Notes under the pieces: generated by a model
The model's input: the letters and a program-made list of their open reading frames with translations, nothing else
Told to the model about the DNA's origin: nothing
Database searches by the model: none
Assembly (NCBI GenBank): GCA_965198065.1
Contig: CBDAON010000004.1
Location: forward strand, 2,496,001-2,560,000
Source of the DNA: Longimicrobiales bacterium
Lineage (GTDB): Bacteria; Gemmatimonadota; Gemmatimonadetes; Longimicrobiales; Gaopeijiaceae
Direction of reading: 5' to 3'
Length of the DNA: 64,000 bases
Program-made: the position numbers and the translations under genes
Shown: piece after piece, positions 1-10,219 of the stretch
Numbering within the stretch: position 1 is the stretch's first letter
How the letters are laid out: every line of letters begins with the position of its first letter

Positions 1-281
1 ACCGGAGGGAAGCCATGTACCGGATCGACGAGATCGTGCGGGACGAAGCCTTCTACATTCCCTTCTGGATGGCTCCCTACGGTCGAATCGCGCACTGGGA
101 TTACGTGCAGTTCCCCGAGTTCTATCTGCCGCCGGGCGGTGACCTGTCGCTCCCCTACATGACGTACTGGATCGAACCGGACGGGCGTGCGGAGCTCGAG
201 GCCGCGGTAAGCGAGGGACGGGCCCTACCGGTGGACGAGGACACCGACGTCGATTTCTACGGCGTCCGGGACGGGCCTTGA
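1..281 (+). CDS. C-terminus of peptide ABC transporter substrate-binding protein (5' partial)
   Basis: ORF open from the window edge (MYRIDEIVRDEAFYIPFW...YW), directly upstream of two OppD/OppF-type ATPases. Confidence 0.65.
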   Translation, partial: RREAMYRIDEIVRDEAFYIPFWMAPYGRIAHWDYVQFPEFYLPPGGDLSLPYMTYWIEPDGRAELEAAVSEGRALPVDEDTDVDFYGVRDGP

Positions 282-352
282 GGCCCAGCGTCCGACCTCG
301 ATGCGATCGACGGACAGTGTGACAGCCGGGCCACCGGCCCAGGGGAACTGAC

Positions 353-1360
353 GTGCCGCTCCTCGAGATCGCGGACCTGAAGGTCGGCTTCGAGACCGAG
401 GCAGGCTTCCTTCACGCGGTGGACGGCGTCTCGCTGGACATTCCGGAGGGGAAGACCCTCGGGCTCGTGGGCGAATCCGGGTGCGGAAAGAGCGTAACGG
501 CGTCCGCCATCCTTCGTTTGGTGCCCGACCCACCGGGGAAGATCCTCGGGGGATCGATCCGCTTCGCCGGCCAGGACATCCTGACGATGCCACGATGGGA
601 CCTTCCGAAGATCCGCGGGAACGACGTAGCGATGATCTTCCAGGACCCGATGACGTCACTGAATCCTGTGCTCACAGTGGAGAAGCAGGTCGGTGAGATC
701 CTCCGGCTCCGGTTCGGGATGGACAAGAAGGCCGCGCGGCAGCGGGCCGTCGAGATGCTCGAGACCGTCGGCATCCCCGACCCGGAGGATCGGCTGATCT
801 CGTATCCGCATGAGCTTTCGGGCGGGATGAAGCAGCGCGTCATGATTGCCATGGCCCTCCTTTCCCGACCGAAGCTCCTAATCGCGGACGAGCCGACCAC
901 CGCGCTGGACGTCACGATCCAGGCCCAGATCCTTCACCTGATTCGCCAGCTCCAGCTGGAGACGGGGGCTTCCGTGCTCTTCATCACGCACGACATGGGC
1001 GTCATCGCGCAGATGTGCGACGACGTCGCCGTTATGTACGCGGGTCGCGTGGTGGAGCAGGGGACTGTCCGCAACATCTTCGAGCGGAGCATGCACCCGT
1101 ACACGAAGGGCCTGCTCCAGAGCGTCCCGAGGCGGGGCGCCGAAAGGAAGGCGGAGCTGCCGACCATCGAGGGTGTGGTGCCCTCGCTCTTCGATCCCCC
1201 CGTCGGCTGCAGGTTCGCCGAGCGCTGCTGGAAGCGGAAGAGCCTGGGCACCGAGGATGAGCGCAGGTGTCGCGAGGTGGATCCCGAGCTCCGGCCCCTG
1301 GGGGCGGGCCGAGTCGCGTGCCACTTCCCGCTGACCGCGGGGAACGGAGCCGAGGCGTGA
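353..1360 (+). CDS. oppD: Oligopeptide/dipeptide ABC transporter ATP-binding subunit
   Basis: GESGCGKS Walker A, LSGGMKQR signature, IADEPTTALDV, HPYT, C-terminal GCRFAERC...VACH. Confidence 0.92.
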   Translation: MPLLEIADLKVGFETEAGFLHAVDGVSLDIPEGKTLGLVGESGCGKSVTASAILRLVPDPPGKILGGSIRFAGQDILTMPRWDLPKIRGNDVAMIFQDPMTSLNPVLTVEKQVGEILRLRFGMDKKAARQRAVEMLETVGIPDPEDRLISYPHELSGGMKQRVMIAMALLSRPKLLIADEPTTALDVTIQAQILHLIRQLQLETGASVLFITHDMGVIAQMCDDVAVMYAGRVVEQGTVRNIFERSMHPYTKGLLQSVPRRGAERKAELPTIEGVVPSLFDPPVGCRFAERCWKRKSLGTEDERRCREVDPELRPLGAGRVACHFPLTAGNGAEA

Positions 1361-2412
1361 GCGCCGGGGCGTCGGCCGTGCGGAAGACCGGGCACGGCGG
1401 GGCGGCCTCGATGGACGGCGGCCCGCCCCTTCTCGAGGTCACGGGTCTCGAAAAGCACTATCCGGTGCGGGGCGGCATCTTCGGCGGTAAGATCGGGGCC
1501 ATCCGGGCGGTGAACGGCGTGAGCTTTTCGCTCCGGAAGGGTGATACGCTCGGGCTCGTCGGAGAATCCGGCTGCGGCAAATCCACGCTGGCCCGTACGC
1601 TCATGCGGCTCGAGGACCCCACGGCGGGCCGGGTGCTCTTCGAAGGCGAGGACTTCGCCCAGGCCCGTGGAGCGGATCTCCTCCGCCTCCGCCGGGAGAT
1701 CCAGATGGTCTTTCAGGATCCGTACTCGTCCCTGAACCCCCGCATGACCGTCGGAGAAATCATCCGCGAGCCCCTGGTCGTGCACCGCCTGGGCACGAAG
1801 GAAGAGCAGCTCCGGAAGGTGAGTGAGCTCCTGGAGACCGTGGGGCTCAGTGCCGACATGATGGGCCGCTATCCGCACGAGTTCTCGGGAGGGCAGCGGC
1901 AGCGAATCGGGGTCGCGAGGGCTCTCGCGCTCGACCCGAAGCTCGTCATCGCGGACGAGCCGGTGTCGGCCCTGGACGTCTCGGTTCAGAGCCAGGTCCT
2001 GAACCTCATGGTGAGCCTCCAGCGCGAGCGCGGTCTCACTTACCTGTTCATCACGCACGACCTCTCAGTCGTCGAGCACGTGAGCGACTCGATCGCCATC
2101 ATGTATTTGGGCCGAATCGTGGAGCACGGGCCGGTGGAGAGGGTGTTTCAACGGCCGTCTCATCCGTACACGCGAGCCTTGATCGACGCGATTCCGGTTC
2201 CGGACCCGACCCACCGGAAGGACGAGGTGCCGGTCAAGGGAGAGACGCCGAGCCCGGTGTCACCCCCGCCGGGCTGCCCCTTCCACCCCCGCTGTCCGTA
2301 TGCGATCGACGAGTGCCGCGGGACGGTTCCCGTTCTCGAGCCCGTCGGCGCTACGCCGTCGGGGGCCGCGGCCGACCACGTCGCGGCCTGCATCCGGAAG
2401 CACGAGATCTAG
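1357..2412 (+). CDS. oppF: Oligopeptide/dipeptide ABC transporter ATP-binding subunit
   Basis: [38 protein letters not shown] start overlaps the upstream TGA (ATG 1411 is an alternative). Confidence 0.92.
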   Translation: MSAGASAVRKTGHGGAASMDGGPPLLEVTGLEKHYPVRGGIFGGKIGAIRAVNGVSFSLRKGDTLGLVGESGCGKSTLARTLMRLEDPTAGRVLFEGEDFAQARGADLLRLRREIQMVFQDPYSSLNPRMTVGEIIREPLVVHRLGTKEEQLRKVSELLETVGLSADMMGRYPHEFSGGQRQRIGVARALALDPKLVIADEPVSALDVSVQSQVLNLMVSLQRERGLTYLFITHDLSVVEHVSDSIAIMYLGRIVEHGPVERVFQRPSHPYTRALIDAIPVPDPTHRKDEVPVKGETPSPVSPPPGCPFHPRCPYAIDECRGTVPVLEPVGATPSGAAADHVAACIRKHEI

Positions 2413-2460
2413 GGGGAGCTCGGCAGGAACACTCCCACGCGCGTCCCGCTTCGCCTGCTC

Positions 2461-3396
2461 TCAGCGCCCCTGGCAGAGAGCCCGGACCGCGGCCTCGTCA
2501 CTCGGGTCGAGACGAGGAGGCCCGCTCCCCGGTGACGGACGCGTGTCGGGAGCCATGACGGCGCCCTCCACGCCCGAGCTTTCGAGGCCCAGCGCGTAGC
2601 CGAGCTGGCGCGCGAGGATTACGACCAGGTCGTCGCGGCTCTCGAACGTGAATAGCCGGATCTCCTGGGTTCGGGAGACCACCAGCGGACCCAGCGTGCG
2701 CCGCGTCTCCCGGTACTCGGCCGGAACCTCGGCCAGCGCGGCGGGCTCGTTCCGGAATTCGTCCCGAGCTCGGTTCAGGTCCGAGATTGTCTGGTTCACG
2801 CGCTCGGTCTCGAGGTTCACCTGGCTCACGAGGTCGTTTAGCGTCCGCGTCCGACCCTCGAGTTGGACCCGTTCCCGGTCGAGCGCCTCCTGAGCTTCCG
2901 CGAGCCGGATGATCTCTGCCGGTGGGGCTCCGCCTCGCTGATTCCACTCCTCGACGGTACCGTTGTGCTCGACCAAACGCGCCTGGAAGTCCTCCTCCAG
3001 GATCCCGATGACCTCGCGGTGCCGGCCGAGCTCATCCACCATTCGATTGAGCTGGGCTTCGGCCTCTGCGACACGGGTTCCCTCGGCTTCCAGCTCGGAC
3101 TCCCGGCGCCGCCGTTCGTTCGACTGCTCCTGACGGTGGTCGTACACGAACCAGATGGGCGTCCCCTCCTCGGACTGGGGGAAGAGGAAGGGATTCCCGG
3201 CGGCGGCCGACCACAGCATGCCCGCCTGGCGGACCGCGTCCGCCGCCTCGAGCGGGGCCAGCCCGAAGCGCTGGTCCAACTCGACGATGCGCCAGGGAAC
3301 CGGAGCCGGGCAACCCGTCTGGGCCGAGAGCGCCGTCCAGCTCCCGACCGATGGGAGCAGGACGAGCGCCAGCCGCACGCCTTGTCGAGGGCTCAT
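2461..3396 (-). CDS. Secreted coiled-coil protein with a degenerate matrixin-like (M10) C-terminal domain
   Basis: Signal-peptide-like N-terminus, long heptad-rich middle, ARQLGYALGLES...GAVM where HExxHxxGxxH and the Met-turn are expected. Confidence 0.7.
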   Translation of the reverse strand: MSPRQGVRLALVLLPSVGSWTALSAQTGCPAPVPWRIVELDQRFGLAPLEAADAVRQAGMLWSAAAGNPFLFPQSEEGTPIWFVYDHRQEQSNERRRRESELEAEGTRVAEAEAQLNRMVDELGRHREVIGILEEDFQARLVEHNGTVEEWNQRGGAPPAEIIRLAEAQEALDRERVQLEGRTRTLNDLVSQVNLETERVNQTISDLNRARDEFRNEPAALAEVPAEYRETRRTLGPLVVSRTQEIRLFTFESRDDLVVILARQLGYALGLESSGVEGAVMAPDTRPSPGSGPPRLDPSDEAAVRALCQGR

Positions 3397-3449
3397 GGCT
3401 CGAACGTAGGGGGGGGTTCGCCTGACTCGCAAATCCTCCCGGCCGCCGC

Positions 3450-4685
3450 TCACTCGGTCTGCGGGTCCACCTCCTCGGGAGGCTCGACCGGTTCCGGTGG
3501 CTCGGGAGGTGACGGGTGGGGCGGGGCGGTCTCGCGGCTCGCGGATGCAACCGCGGCCGCGGGCAGCCAGTCCTGGAACGCCTCCCCGTAGATGTGCCAG
3601 ACCGTAACGAACAGGGCGGCCACGATAGGGCCGACGATGAAACCCACGGCGCCGAAGAGGGCGATCCCCCCCAGGGTCGAGAGGAAGATCATCAGGTCCC
3701 CCATGCGGGCGTCCCGTCCGATCAACCGAGGCCTGAGCAGGTTGTCCACGGTACCCACCACGAGCGCGCACCAGACGGCCAGGAGCACCGCTGGCAACCA
3801 GCGTCCGACGACAAGCAGATACCCCACCGCCGGAACCCAGACCAGCCCGGCCCCGAGCGCCGGCAGGATGGCGAGGAAGACCATCACCGCGCCCCAGAAT
3901 GCCGCGCCCGGTACTCCGGCGACCCAGAACGCGAGCCCAGCTGCTCCCCCCTGGATCACCCCGATCAAGAACGAGCCCTTGAGCGTCGCTCGAGCGACGG
4001 ACAGGAAGCGCTCGAGGAGGCGGTCCTTGTCCGCGGGCGAAAGCGGCAGGTAGGCAAGGGCCCCCCGGAGCGTAGCGGGTCCGCTCATGAGGAAGAAGAA
4101 GAGGGCGTAGACGAGCACGAAGAGCTGGAGGAGGAAGCTCGCCGTTCCCCTAGCTGCTCCCGAGACCGTTCCCCAGGCGAACGATCCGGCCCGAGCCGCC
4201 AGATCGCGGAGACCCAGGGCGAGCGCTTCGCCTTCGGGGACGACCCGGTCCGTGAAGGGGATGCGTGCCATGAGGGCCTGGAGCTGCTCCACCCGTTCTC
4301 CCGGATCCGTCAGCCATGCCTCGGCCGCCTGCGCCAGCTGCACCGCTTCGTTCACGACGACGGCGATGAACCCGCCGACCGGGACAGCAATCCCCAGGAG
4401 CAGGACGACGATCGTGGCTCCGGAGGCCACGGCCGGGCGGAGCCGAAGTCGGGTCGAAAGCCACGAGTAGAGCGGGTATGCCATCCCGGCGAAGATCGCC
4501 GCGAGGAAGACTGAGAGGATGAGACGCCGGATCATCACGGCGAAGAGGAGCGTGATCCCGACTAGGATGACGATCAGGAACGCCCGACGGAAGCGTAGCG
4601 ACCCCGGCCTGGAGTCGGGTGCGGAGGAGCCGGCGTCGGTCTCGGACACGTCCTGCTCGGACGGCAAGGGCGGGTCCCGGGTCAA
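3450..4685 (-). CDS. AI-2E family transporter
   Basis: Multi-TM protein with DNLLRPRLIG and GGIALFGAVGFIVGP motifs; TTG start uncertain. Confidence 0.88.
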   Translation of the reverse strand: MTRDPPLPSEQDVSETDAGSSAPDSRPGSLRFRRAFLIVILVGITLLFAVMIRRLILSVFLAAIFAGMAYPLYSWLSTRLRLRPAVASGATIVVLLLGIAVPVGGFIAVVVNEAVQLAQAAEAWLTDPGERVEQLQALMARIPFTDRVVPEGEALALGLRDLAARAGSFAWGTVSGAARGTASFLLQLFVLVYALFFFLMSGPATLRGALAYLPLSPADKDRLLERFLSVARATLKGSFLIGVIQGGAAGLAFWVAGVPGAAFWGAVMVFLAILPALGAGLVWVPAVGYLLVVGRWLPAVLLAVWCALVVGTVDNLLRPRLIGRDARMGDLMIFLSTLGGIALFGAVGFIVGPIVAALFVTVWHIYGEAFQDWLPAAAVASASRETAPPHPSPPEPPEPVEPPEEVDPQTE

Positions 4686-4710
4686 GGCAGAGGCCTTCCG
4701 GTCAACTCTG

Positions 4711-5040
4711 CTAGATCATCCCGGAAGTCGGCGTGGCGTCGCGGTAGCTGCACCCCGCCGCCACCCGGATGCGATCCAGGTCCGTCGGGACCCCGTTCGT
4801 CGGATCGAGGCCGTTCCACCCCTGCCAGGGGAAGTATGCCTCCACCCAGCGTGCGCGTCATGTTCAGCATCGTGTCGGTCAGGTCGTGGCCATTTCGCTG
4901 GACGAAGCCGCGAGTGAATAGCGCGAGTTGCTGGAGCTCCGACTCGGGCAGCTCGCGGGGGATCAGGTAGGGGAGCACCATCTGATGCTGCCAGGGCATC
5001 CACGAGTGATCCTTCGGGGAACGTAGGTGGCGGCCGATTC
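4711..5040 (-). pseudogene. Transglutaminase-like protein remnant with internal deletion and frame change
   Basis: One frame reads WMPWQHQMVLPYLIPRELPESELQQL...; another reads WVEAYFPWQGWNGLDPTN...RIRVAAGCSYRDATPTSG*; the Cys-containing segment is absent. Confidence 0.7.
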
Positions 5041-5062
5041 GCCGTCCACAGATCGGGGCCCA

Positions 5063-6106
5063 CTACTGCCAGCGGAAGAGTCGAAGCGCGAGGAAGAAGC
5101 TCGCGACCGTCCACACCGCCACGATCGCGATCTCTCCCAAGGCCTCGACGAGTCCCGCGCCCTCGTTGTAGACCGCTCGTAGCGCGTCGTTCAGAGCCGT
5201 GAGCGGAAGGGCCTGAATCATGGGCTGTGCGGCCTCGGGAAACCGCTGCGCGGAGAAGAAGACGCCGGAGAGGACGAGCATCGGCATCATGATCACGTTG
5301 ATGAGCCCTCCGACCCCCTCCGTGGTGCGCGTTCGGGAGGCTGCCAGAAGACCCAGTCCAGTGAAGCAAGTCGCTCCCAGCAGCACGATCGCCGAGAGCG
5401 CCAGAGCGCTCCCCTCCACCGTAACGCCGAACACGAGCCACGCGGCGAGGACGATCAGGGGAATCTCCGCGACGAGGAAGAGGAAGCGCGCCAGGACCTG
5501 AGCCAGCAGGAACTCGCTCCTGCGCATCGGCGTCGCGACCAGCCGCCGGAGCTCGCGGTTCTCCCTCACCTGAGTGATGTAGAAGCCCACGCTCCACAGC
5601 CCCGTGCCCATCAGGTTGAACCCGATGAGCCCCGGGATCAGCCAGTCGATGTAGCGGCGTCCCCGCTCCTCGATCCTCTCCTCCACTATCGCCACGGGTC
5701 GCGTGGCCCCGGCCGCCTCCTGGAACACTGCCTCGACGATCACCCTCGCGGTCTGGGCATCGGGCCACGTGGGATCGAAGCGGAGGGTCACGCCGTCACG
5801 CCCATCCGAGGCACCGGCGACAATGGCGACCTCGCCGCGCCGGAGCGCGTCGCGCGCCGAATCCGGCTCCATGGGCACGGCCTCGAGCTGCGGGCTCTCG
5901 TTGATGGCCTCTACGTAGACCTCCGCGGCCGAGCCCCGCTCGACCGCGACCCGGAGTACGTCCGGCGATCCCTGCCCGAACGCGATCCCGATCCCCACGG
6001 CGAGGAGCACGGGGAAGAGGAAGATCCAGAACAGCACTTCCGGCTCGCGGAGCATCACGAGCACCCGGTTCAGCGTCAGCTGCCGGAGGGCGGCGAGATC
6101 GCTCAT
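5063..6106 (-). CDS. ABC-2 type exporter permease
   Basis: N-terminal TM, extracytoplasmic domain, RYIDWLIPGL, LSGVFFS, LPLT, terminal FRWQ. Confidence 0.9.
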   Translation of the reverse strand: MSDLAALRQLTLNRVLVMLREPEVLFWIFLFPVLLAVGIGIAFGQGSPDVLRVAVERGSAAEVYVEAINESPQLEAVPMEPDSARDALRRGEVAIVAGASDGRDGVTLRFDPTWPDAQTARVIVEAVFQEAAGATRPVAIVEERIEERGRRYIDWLIPGLIGFNLMGTGLWSVGFYITQVRENRELRRLVATPMRRSEFLLAQVLARFLFLVAEIPLIVLAAWLVFGVTVEGSALALSAIVLLGATCFTGLGLLAASRTRTTEGVGGLINVIMMPMLVLSGVFFSAQRFPEAAQPMIQALPLTALNDALRAVYNEGAGLVEALGEIAIVAVWTVASFFLALRLFRWQ

Positions 6107-6205
6107 CCGGGGTCGTTCATCGAGGGGCCGACCCCGGCCCCAGCCGAAGATCGGCGAGCCTCGACCGAATCGGGCGCGAGCGTCCCGGGGACCGGGTGTC
6201 TGGAC

Positions 6206-7195
6206 TCACTCATCGCGGAGCTGGCGTCCGGTCAGCGTCAGGAAGACATCGTCCAGGGTCGCCCGGTGCGTGTTCAACGACGCGAGCGAGGCGCCCCGGT
6301 TCGCGAGAAGGTGCATGAGCGCGGGGACGGCCCGGTGTGATTCGTTCACGGTCAGGATCAGACGGGTCCCTCGTGCCTGGACTCTCCGAACGGAGGGGAG
6401 CGTCTCCAGCTCCTCCGATGCGAGCTCGAGGGTCGCCTCGAATTCGATCGTGTGCTCTCCCGCCCACTCGTTGATGAGCTGCGCAGGCGGTCCCTGCACG
6501 AGGATTCGTCCGTGGTCCATGATTGCCACGCGGTCTGCGAGTCGCTCGGCCTCGTCCATGAAGTGCGTGGTGAGCAGGATCGTGCCTCCCTCGGCCCGGA
6601 ATCTCTCGCAGACGTCCCAGAGCGCTCGGCGCGACTGGGGATCGAGGCCCGTCGTGGGCTCGTCGAGGAAGAGGAGTTCGGGGTTCCCGGCCAGAGCACA
6701 CGCGACGGAGAGCCGCTGCTTTTGACCCCCGGAGAGATCGCGAACGTACGAGCGGCGCTTCTCGGTGAGCTGCACGCGGTCGAGGAGCTCGTCCAGCTCG
6801 GGACCAGCCGGATAAAACGACCGGAACAGCTTGAGCACCTCGCCTACCCGCTGCTTGCCCGTGAGTTTCGCCTCCTGGAGCTGGATGCCGAGCCTCGCTC
6901 GAATCCGACGGGGCTCCACGTACCATGACTCTCCGAGCACGCGCACGCGCCCGGTGTCGGGAACGGTCAGTCCCTCCAGGATCTCGATCGTGGTGGTCTT
7001 GCCGGCGCCGTTCGGTCCCAGGAGCCCGAAGCACTCCCCCCGCTGGATCGTGAGATCGAGCCCGCGGAGCGCGACGGTCTCCCCGTATCGCTTCCAGAGG
7101 TTTCGAGCGTAGACGGCGACCCCGTTCGCCTCCGGGTCGTGGCCGGGGTCTCGGGGGTCCGGGTTCGCCGCCGATGGCTCGTGGTCAGGCGTCAT
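6206..7195 (-). CDS. ABC exporter ATP-binding protein (DrrA-like)
   Basis: GPNGAGKTT, LSGGQKQR, FLDEPTTGLDP, TLDDVFLTLTG; start approximate. Confidence 0.9.
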   Translation of the reverse strand: MTPDHEPSAANPDPRDPGHDPEANGVAVYARNLWKRYGETVALRGLDLTIQRGECFGLLGPNGAGKTTTIEILEGLTVPDTGRVRVLGESWYVEPRRIRARLGIQLQEAKLTGKQRVGEVLKLFRSFYPAGPELDELLDRVQLTEKRRSYVRDLSGGQKQRLSVACALAGNPELLFLDEPTTGLDPQSRRALWDVCERFRAEGGTILLTTHFMDEAERLADRVAIMDHGRILVQGPPAQLINEWAGEHTIEFEATLELASEELETLPSVRRVQARGTRLILTVNESHRAVPALMHLLANRGASLASLNTHRATLDDVFLTLTGRQLRDE

Positions 7196-7404
7196 GAGTC
7201 GCATTGGGGAGGAAGGGCCCGTGGGCGCGGGCCGCACCAGAGTATCCCGCGTCGGACGAGCACGTCAAACGATGCAGTCGGACAGGCTCGGGTCCACCCG
7301 GACCGCCGACCGGCAGCCGGCCAGCGAGGCTGGCCCGAGCACGCCGCCCACCGTCCTCATGGCGCCTTGGAGCCGATTTGTGTTGCAGGGGTTACGATGT
7401 CCCG

Positions 7405-7788
7405 GTGGCGGCTCACCTCTTCGTCTACGGGACGCTCCTGAGCGGAGCGGGCCACCCGATGCACCGCGTTCTCGTGGACGGCGGCACGCTTGTCGGAACG
7501 GGGCGGACCCGGGGCCGGCTGTACGACTTCGGCGCGTTTCCCGCCCTGGCTGGCTCGACGGCGGTCGATGGATGGGTGCCCGGGGAGATCTATCGGCTGG
7601 GTCGACCCGGAGTGACCTTTCGCGTTCTCGACGCTTACGAGGGCTGCGACCCGGGTTCCGGATTCCGCCGGGTGCGGCGCTCGGTGATGCTGGATGGGGA
7701 GCGCGCGATCACTGCGTGGGTGTACGTGTTCGAGGGCGATCTTCGGGAGGCGCGCGCCCTCCCGTCGGTGAGAGGCTGGCGGCCGTAG
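7405..7788 (+). CDS. Gamma-glutamylcyclotransferase (AIG2-like) family protein
   Basis: LFVYGTL, LDAYEG, AWVY motifs; GTG start at 7405. Confidence 0.82.
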   Translation: MAAHLFVYGTLLSGAGHPMHRVLVDGGTLVGTGRTRGRLYDFGAFPALAGSTAVDGWVPGEIYRLGRPGVTFRVLDAYEGCDPGSGFRRVRRSVMLDGERAITAWVYVFEGDLREARALPSVRGWRP

Positions 7789-7794
7789 GGGACG

Positions 7795-8451
7795 TCAGTG
7801 TCCCTCGACGGATCCCCCCGTGCTCCCCTCCATGAGACGGCGGTAGTCGTCCGGGGTGTCCACCTCTACCGGGGGCGGGCCGGCGAGGGGCACGGCGGTG
7901 ATCCACTCGGGATGAGCGAGAAAGGCCGCCCTCGCCCCCTCGTCCCCCCGAAGCGAGGCGAGCGCCTCCCAAACCGCGCGTCCCAGGACAACGGGATGTC
8001 CCGGGGATCCCCTGTATTCGGCCCGCGCGGCGGGCGTTCCGGCTCGCTCCCACGCGGTGAGGACGGCACGCATCCGGTCCGGGCCAACGCCCAGCTCGTC
8101 TCCCAGGAGCACCAGGGCCACCCGACTCTCGTCCCCGGCTGCGAGGAGCCCGGCGCGGAGCGAGGAGGCCTGGCCCGAGGCATGGTCCGGGTTCAGGACC
8201 GTCCGGGCGCCCGGGGGGAGGGAGACGGCGGCACGGATCTCCTCGGCCTGGTGTCCCAGCACCACGATGATCTCGTCCAGCCCGGCGTCCGCCGCCGCGT
8301 CCAGGACGTGCTGGAGGATCGGTTTCCTGCGGAAGGCGAGGAGCTGCTTCGGCTGACCCATCCTTGCGGAGGATCCGGCGGCCAGGATGACAGCCGACAC
8401 GAAGGGAGCGCCGGCCGCGGTCTCCCGTGCTCTGGCCCGGATGGACGACAC
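7795..8451 (-). CDS. mocA: Molybdenum cofactor cytidylyltransferase-like NTP transferase (MocA/MobA family)
   Basis: VILAAGSSARMGQPKQLL, GHPV, GDEGAR, VDTPDDY; XdhC context; GTG 8451 chosen over the longer ORF. Confidence 0.78.
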   Translation of the reverse strand: MSSIRARARETAAGAPFVSAVILAAGSSARMGQPKQLLAFRRKPILQHVLDAAADAGLDEIIVVLGHQAEEIRAAVSLPPGARTVLNPDHASGQASSLRAGLLAAGDESRVALVLLGDELGVGPDRMRAVLTAWERAGTPAARAEYRGSPGHPVVLGRAVWEALASLRGDEGARAAFLAHPEWITAVPLAGPPPVEVDTPDDYRRLMEGSTGGSVEGH

Positions 8452-8464
8452 GGCCGGGCGGCGC

Positions 8465-9451
8465 CTACCGAGCGCCGGGGCCGAAGAGGAGCCCCCCGTG
8501 ACCCAGCGCCTGGAGGTCGCTCCCGGCGAGCCGCTCCCCCGCGAGGAGCCTCGGAACGATCGCGTCGAACCCGTCCGGCGCGGTGCCACGCACGCAGCCG
8601 GGGGCTCCGATCACGGGAACCTCCCGAAGATAGGCCAGGAGGAGGAGGTGTCCGGGGTCCATAGCGAGACCCAGGTGCTCCACCCGACCCCCCGCAGCCC
8701 GGATGCCTCTCGGGATCACGTCGTGCAGATCCATGATCGCGGTCTCGCCGGCCAGGACCACGAGGCCGGCGCCGCCATTGATCTGCTTCTGGAGCTCCTC
8801 GGCCAGGCCGAGCTCGTCCGGGGGCGAGAAAGTGGGCACTCCGACCGTACAGCCGAGCCTCTCCATCCGTGCTCGAATCGCTCGCCCGAGACCGTCGGCC
8901 AGCCCGGCCCACGCGCCCCTCGTCCCAACGAGGACGATGCCGACCCGGAGCGGCTCCAGGGCTCGGACGCTCACGATCTGGCGCTCGCTCGCGAGCGCCT
9001 CCGCCCGCTCCACCGCCTCCCATGGCAGCGCGTAGGGAATGACCTTTACCGTTGCGACGCGGTCGCCCGCGCGGGCCAGGGCGTGGGTCCGCAAGGTCGC
9101 CACGGTGAGTCCCTCGATCCGGTTCAGCCGGTCGAGCGTGTCGGCCTCGACCCGAACGACACCGGTCCGGCTAGCCGTTAGGTTGACACGCCCGGCGTGA
9201 GATCTCCCTGCCTCCACGCCGGGCCCCGCGAGGAGTCGCCCGACGCGGGCGGCGGCCTCGTCCTCGGCCACGTCATCCGGATCCGGCTCGGCGACGTACA
9301 CCTCCGCGAACCCGAGCTCCTCGAGTGTCCGGATCGCGGCCTCGTCCACCCGGTGCCCCTTTCTCAGGGCCCGCTGGCCGTCGGGGCCCGTGATGTTGTG
9401 CGCGAGGATCCTTCCCTTCGCCTCGTCCACCGGCACCGGACCGAACCTCAA
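8465..9451 (-). CDS. Molybdopterin-binding protein (MoeA/MogA-like domain)
   Basis: MRFGPVPV...GRILAH, GRVNLTA, VATVKVIPYA, DPGHLLLL, PGCVR. Confidence 0.8.
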   Translation of the reverse strand: MRFGPVPVDEAKGRILAHNITGPDGQRALRKGHRVDEAAIRTLEELGFAEVYVAEPDPDDVAEDEAAARVGRLLAGPGVEAGRSHAGRVNLTASRTGVVRVEADTLDRLNRIEGLTVATLRTHALARAGDRVATVKVIPYALPWEAVERAEALASERQIVSVRALEPLRVGIVLVGTRGAWAGLADGLGRAIRARMERLGCTVGVPTFSPPDELGLAEELQKQINGGAGLVVLAGETAIMDLHDVIPRGIRAAGGRVEHLGLAMDPGHLLLLAYLREVPVIGAPGCVRGTAPDGFDAIVPRLLAGERLAGSDLQALGHGGLLFGPGAR

Positions 9452-9487
9452 GAGATCCCGCCGGTCATGCCCGATGGTCCCCGGACG

Positions 9488-10219
9488 TCACCGGGCGGAG
9501 TCCCCGCGGCCGTTCCTCACGGCGATGATCTGGGTCATGGTCGCGAGCGCGATCTCCTCCGCCCTCCGGGCCCCGACATCGAGCCCGATCGGGGCGTGGA
9601 TGCGCGCGATCTCCTCGTCGGTGGCCCCGGCCTCCTTCAGGGCCTTCACACGCCGCGCGTGCGTTCGAGCCGACCCGAGGGCGCCGATGTAGGGGGCCGG
9701 GCTCCTGATCGCCGCAAGGAGCGCCGGATTGTCGAGCTTCGCGTCGTGGGTGATCACGACTATGTAGCTGAACTCGTCCAGCCCCAGCCGGGGGAGGATC
9801 TCGTTCGGCCATCCCAGGAGAAGCTCGTCCACGTCGGGAAAGCGCTCGGGAGTCGCGAACCTCCCGCGCGCGTCGCTCACGACCACGCGGAAGCCCAGCT
9901 CCCTCGCGAAGCGTCCCAGAGCGGTCGCGATGTGAACGGCGCCCACGATGATCAGTCGCGGCGGAGGGAGATGGGCCTCGATGAAGATCCTCCTCCCCCC
10001 GATCTCCACCGTCTCGGAGCGTCCCGATGCGAGCAGGGACCGGGCCAGCTCCTCGACCTTCGCGTCCAGGTGCGGCGAGCCGAGGCTCCCCAGGGCGAGG
10101 CTGGAGCGATCGACGAGGAGCTTGGAGCCGACTCCTTCGGGCCCGTCCAGCACCGTTGCTACCGCGACCGGCTCGTGGCCCTTCACGCGGTCCACGAACC
10201 ACTGAAAAGGCGACGTCAC
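9488..10219 (-). CDS. xdhC: XdhC family Moco-insertion chaperone, Rossmann-domain part
   Basis: PPRLIIVGAVHIA, ITHDAKLD, YIGALGS, IHAPIGLD, EEIAL; GTG overlaps the upstream stop. Confidence 0.88.
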   Translation of the reverse strand: MTSPFQWFVDRVKGHEPVAVATVLDGPEGVGSKLLVDRSSLALGSLGSPHLDAKVEELARSLLASGRSETVEIGGRRIFIEAHLPPPRLIIVGAVHIATALGRFARELGFRVVVSDARGRFATPERFPDVDELLLGWPNEILPRLGLDEFSYIVVITHDAKLDNPALLAAIRSPAPYIGALGSARTHARRVKALKEAGATDEEIARIHAPIGLDVGARRAEEIALATMTQIIAVRNGRGDSAR

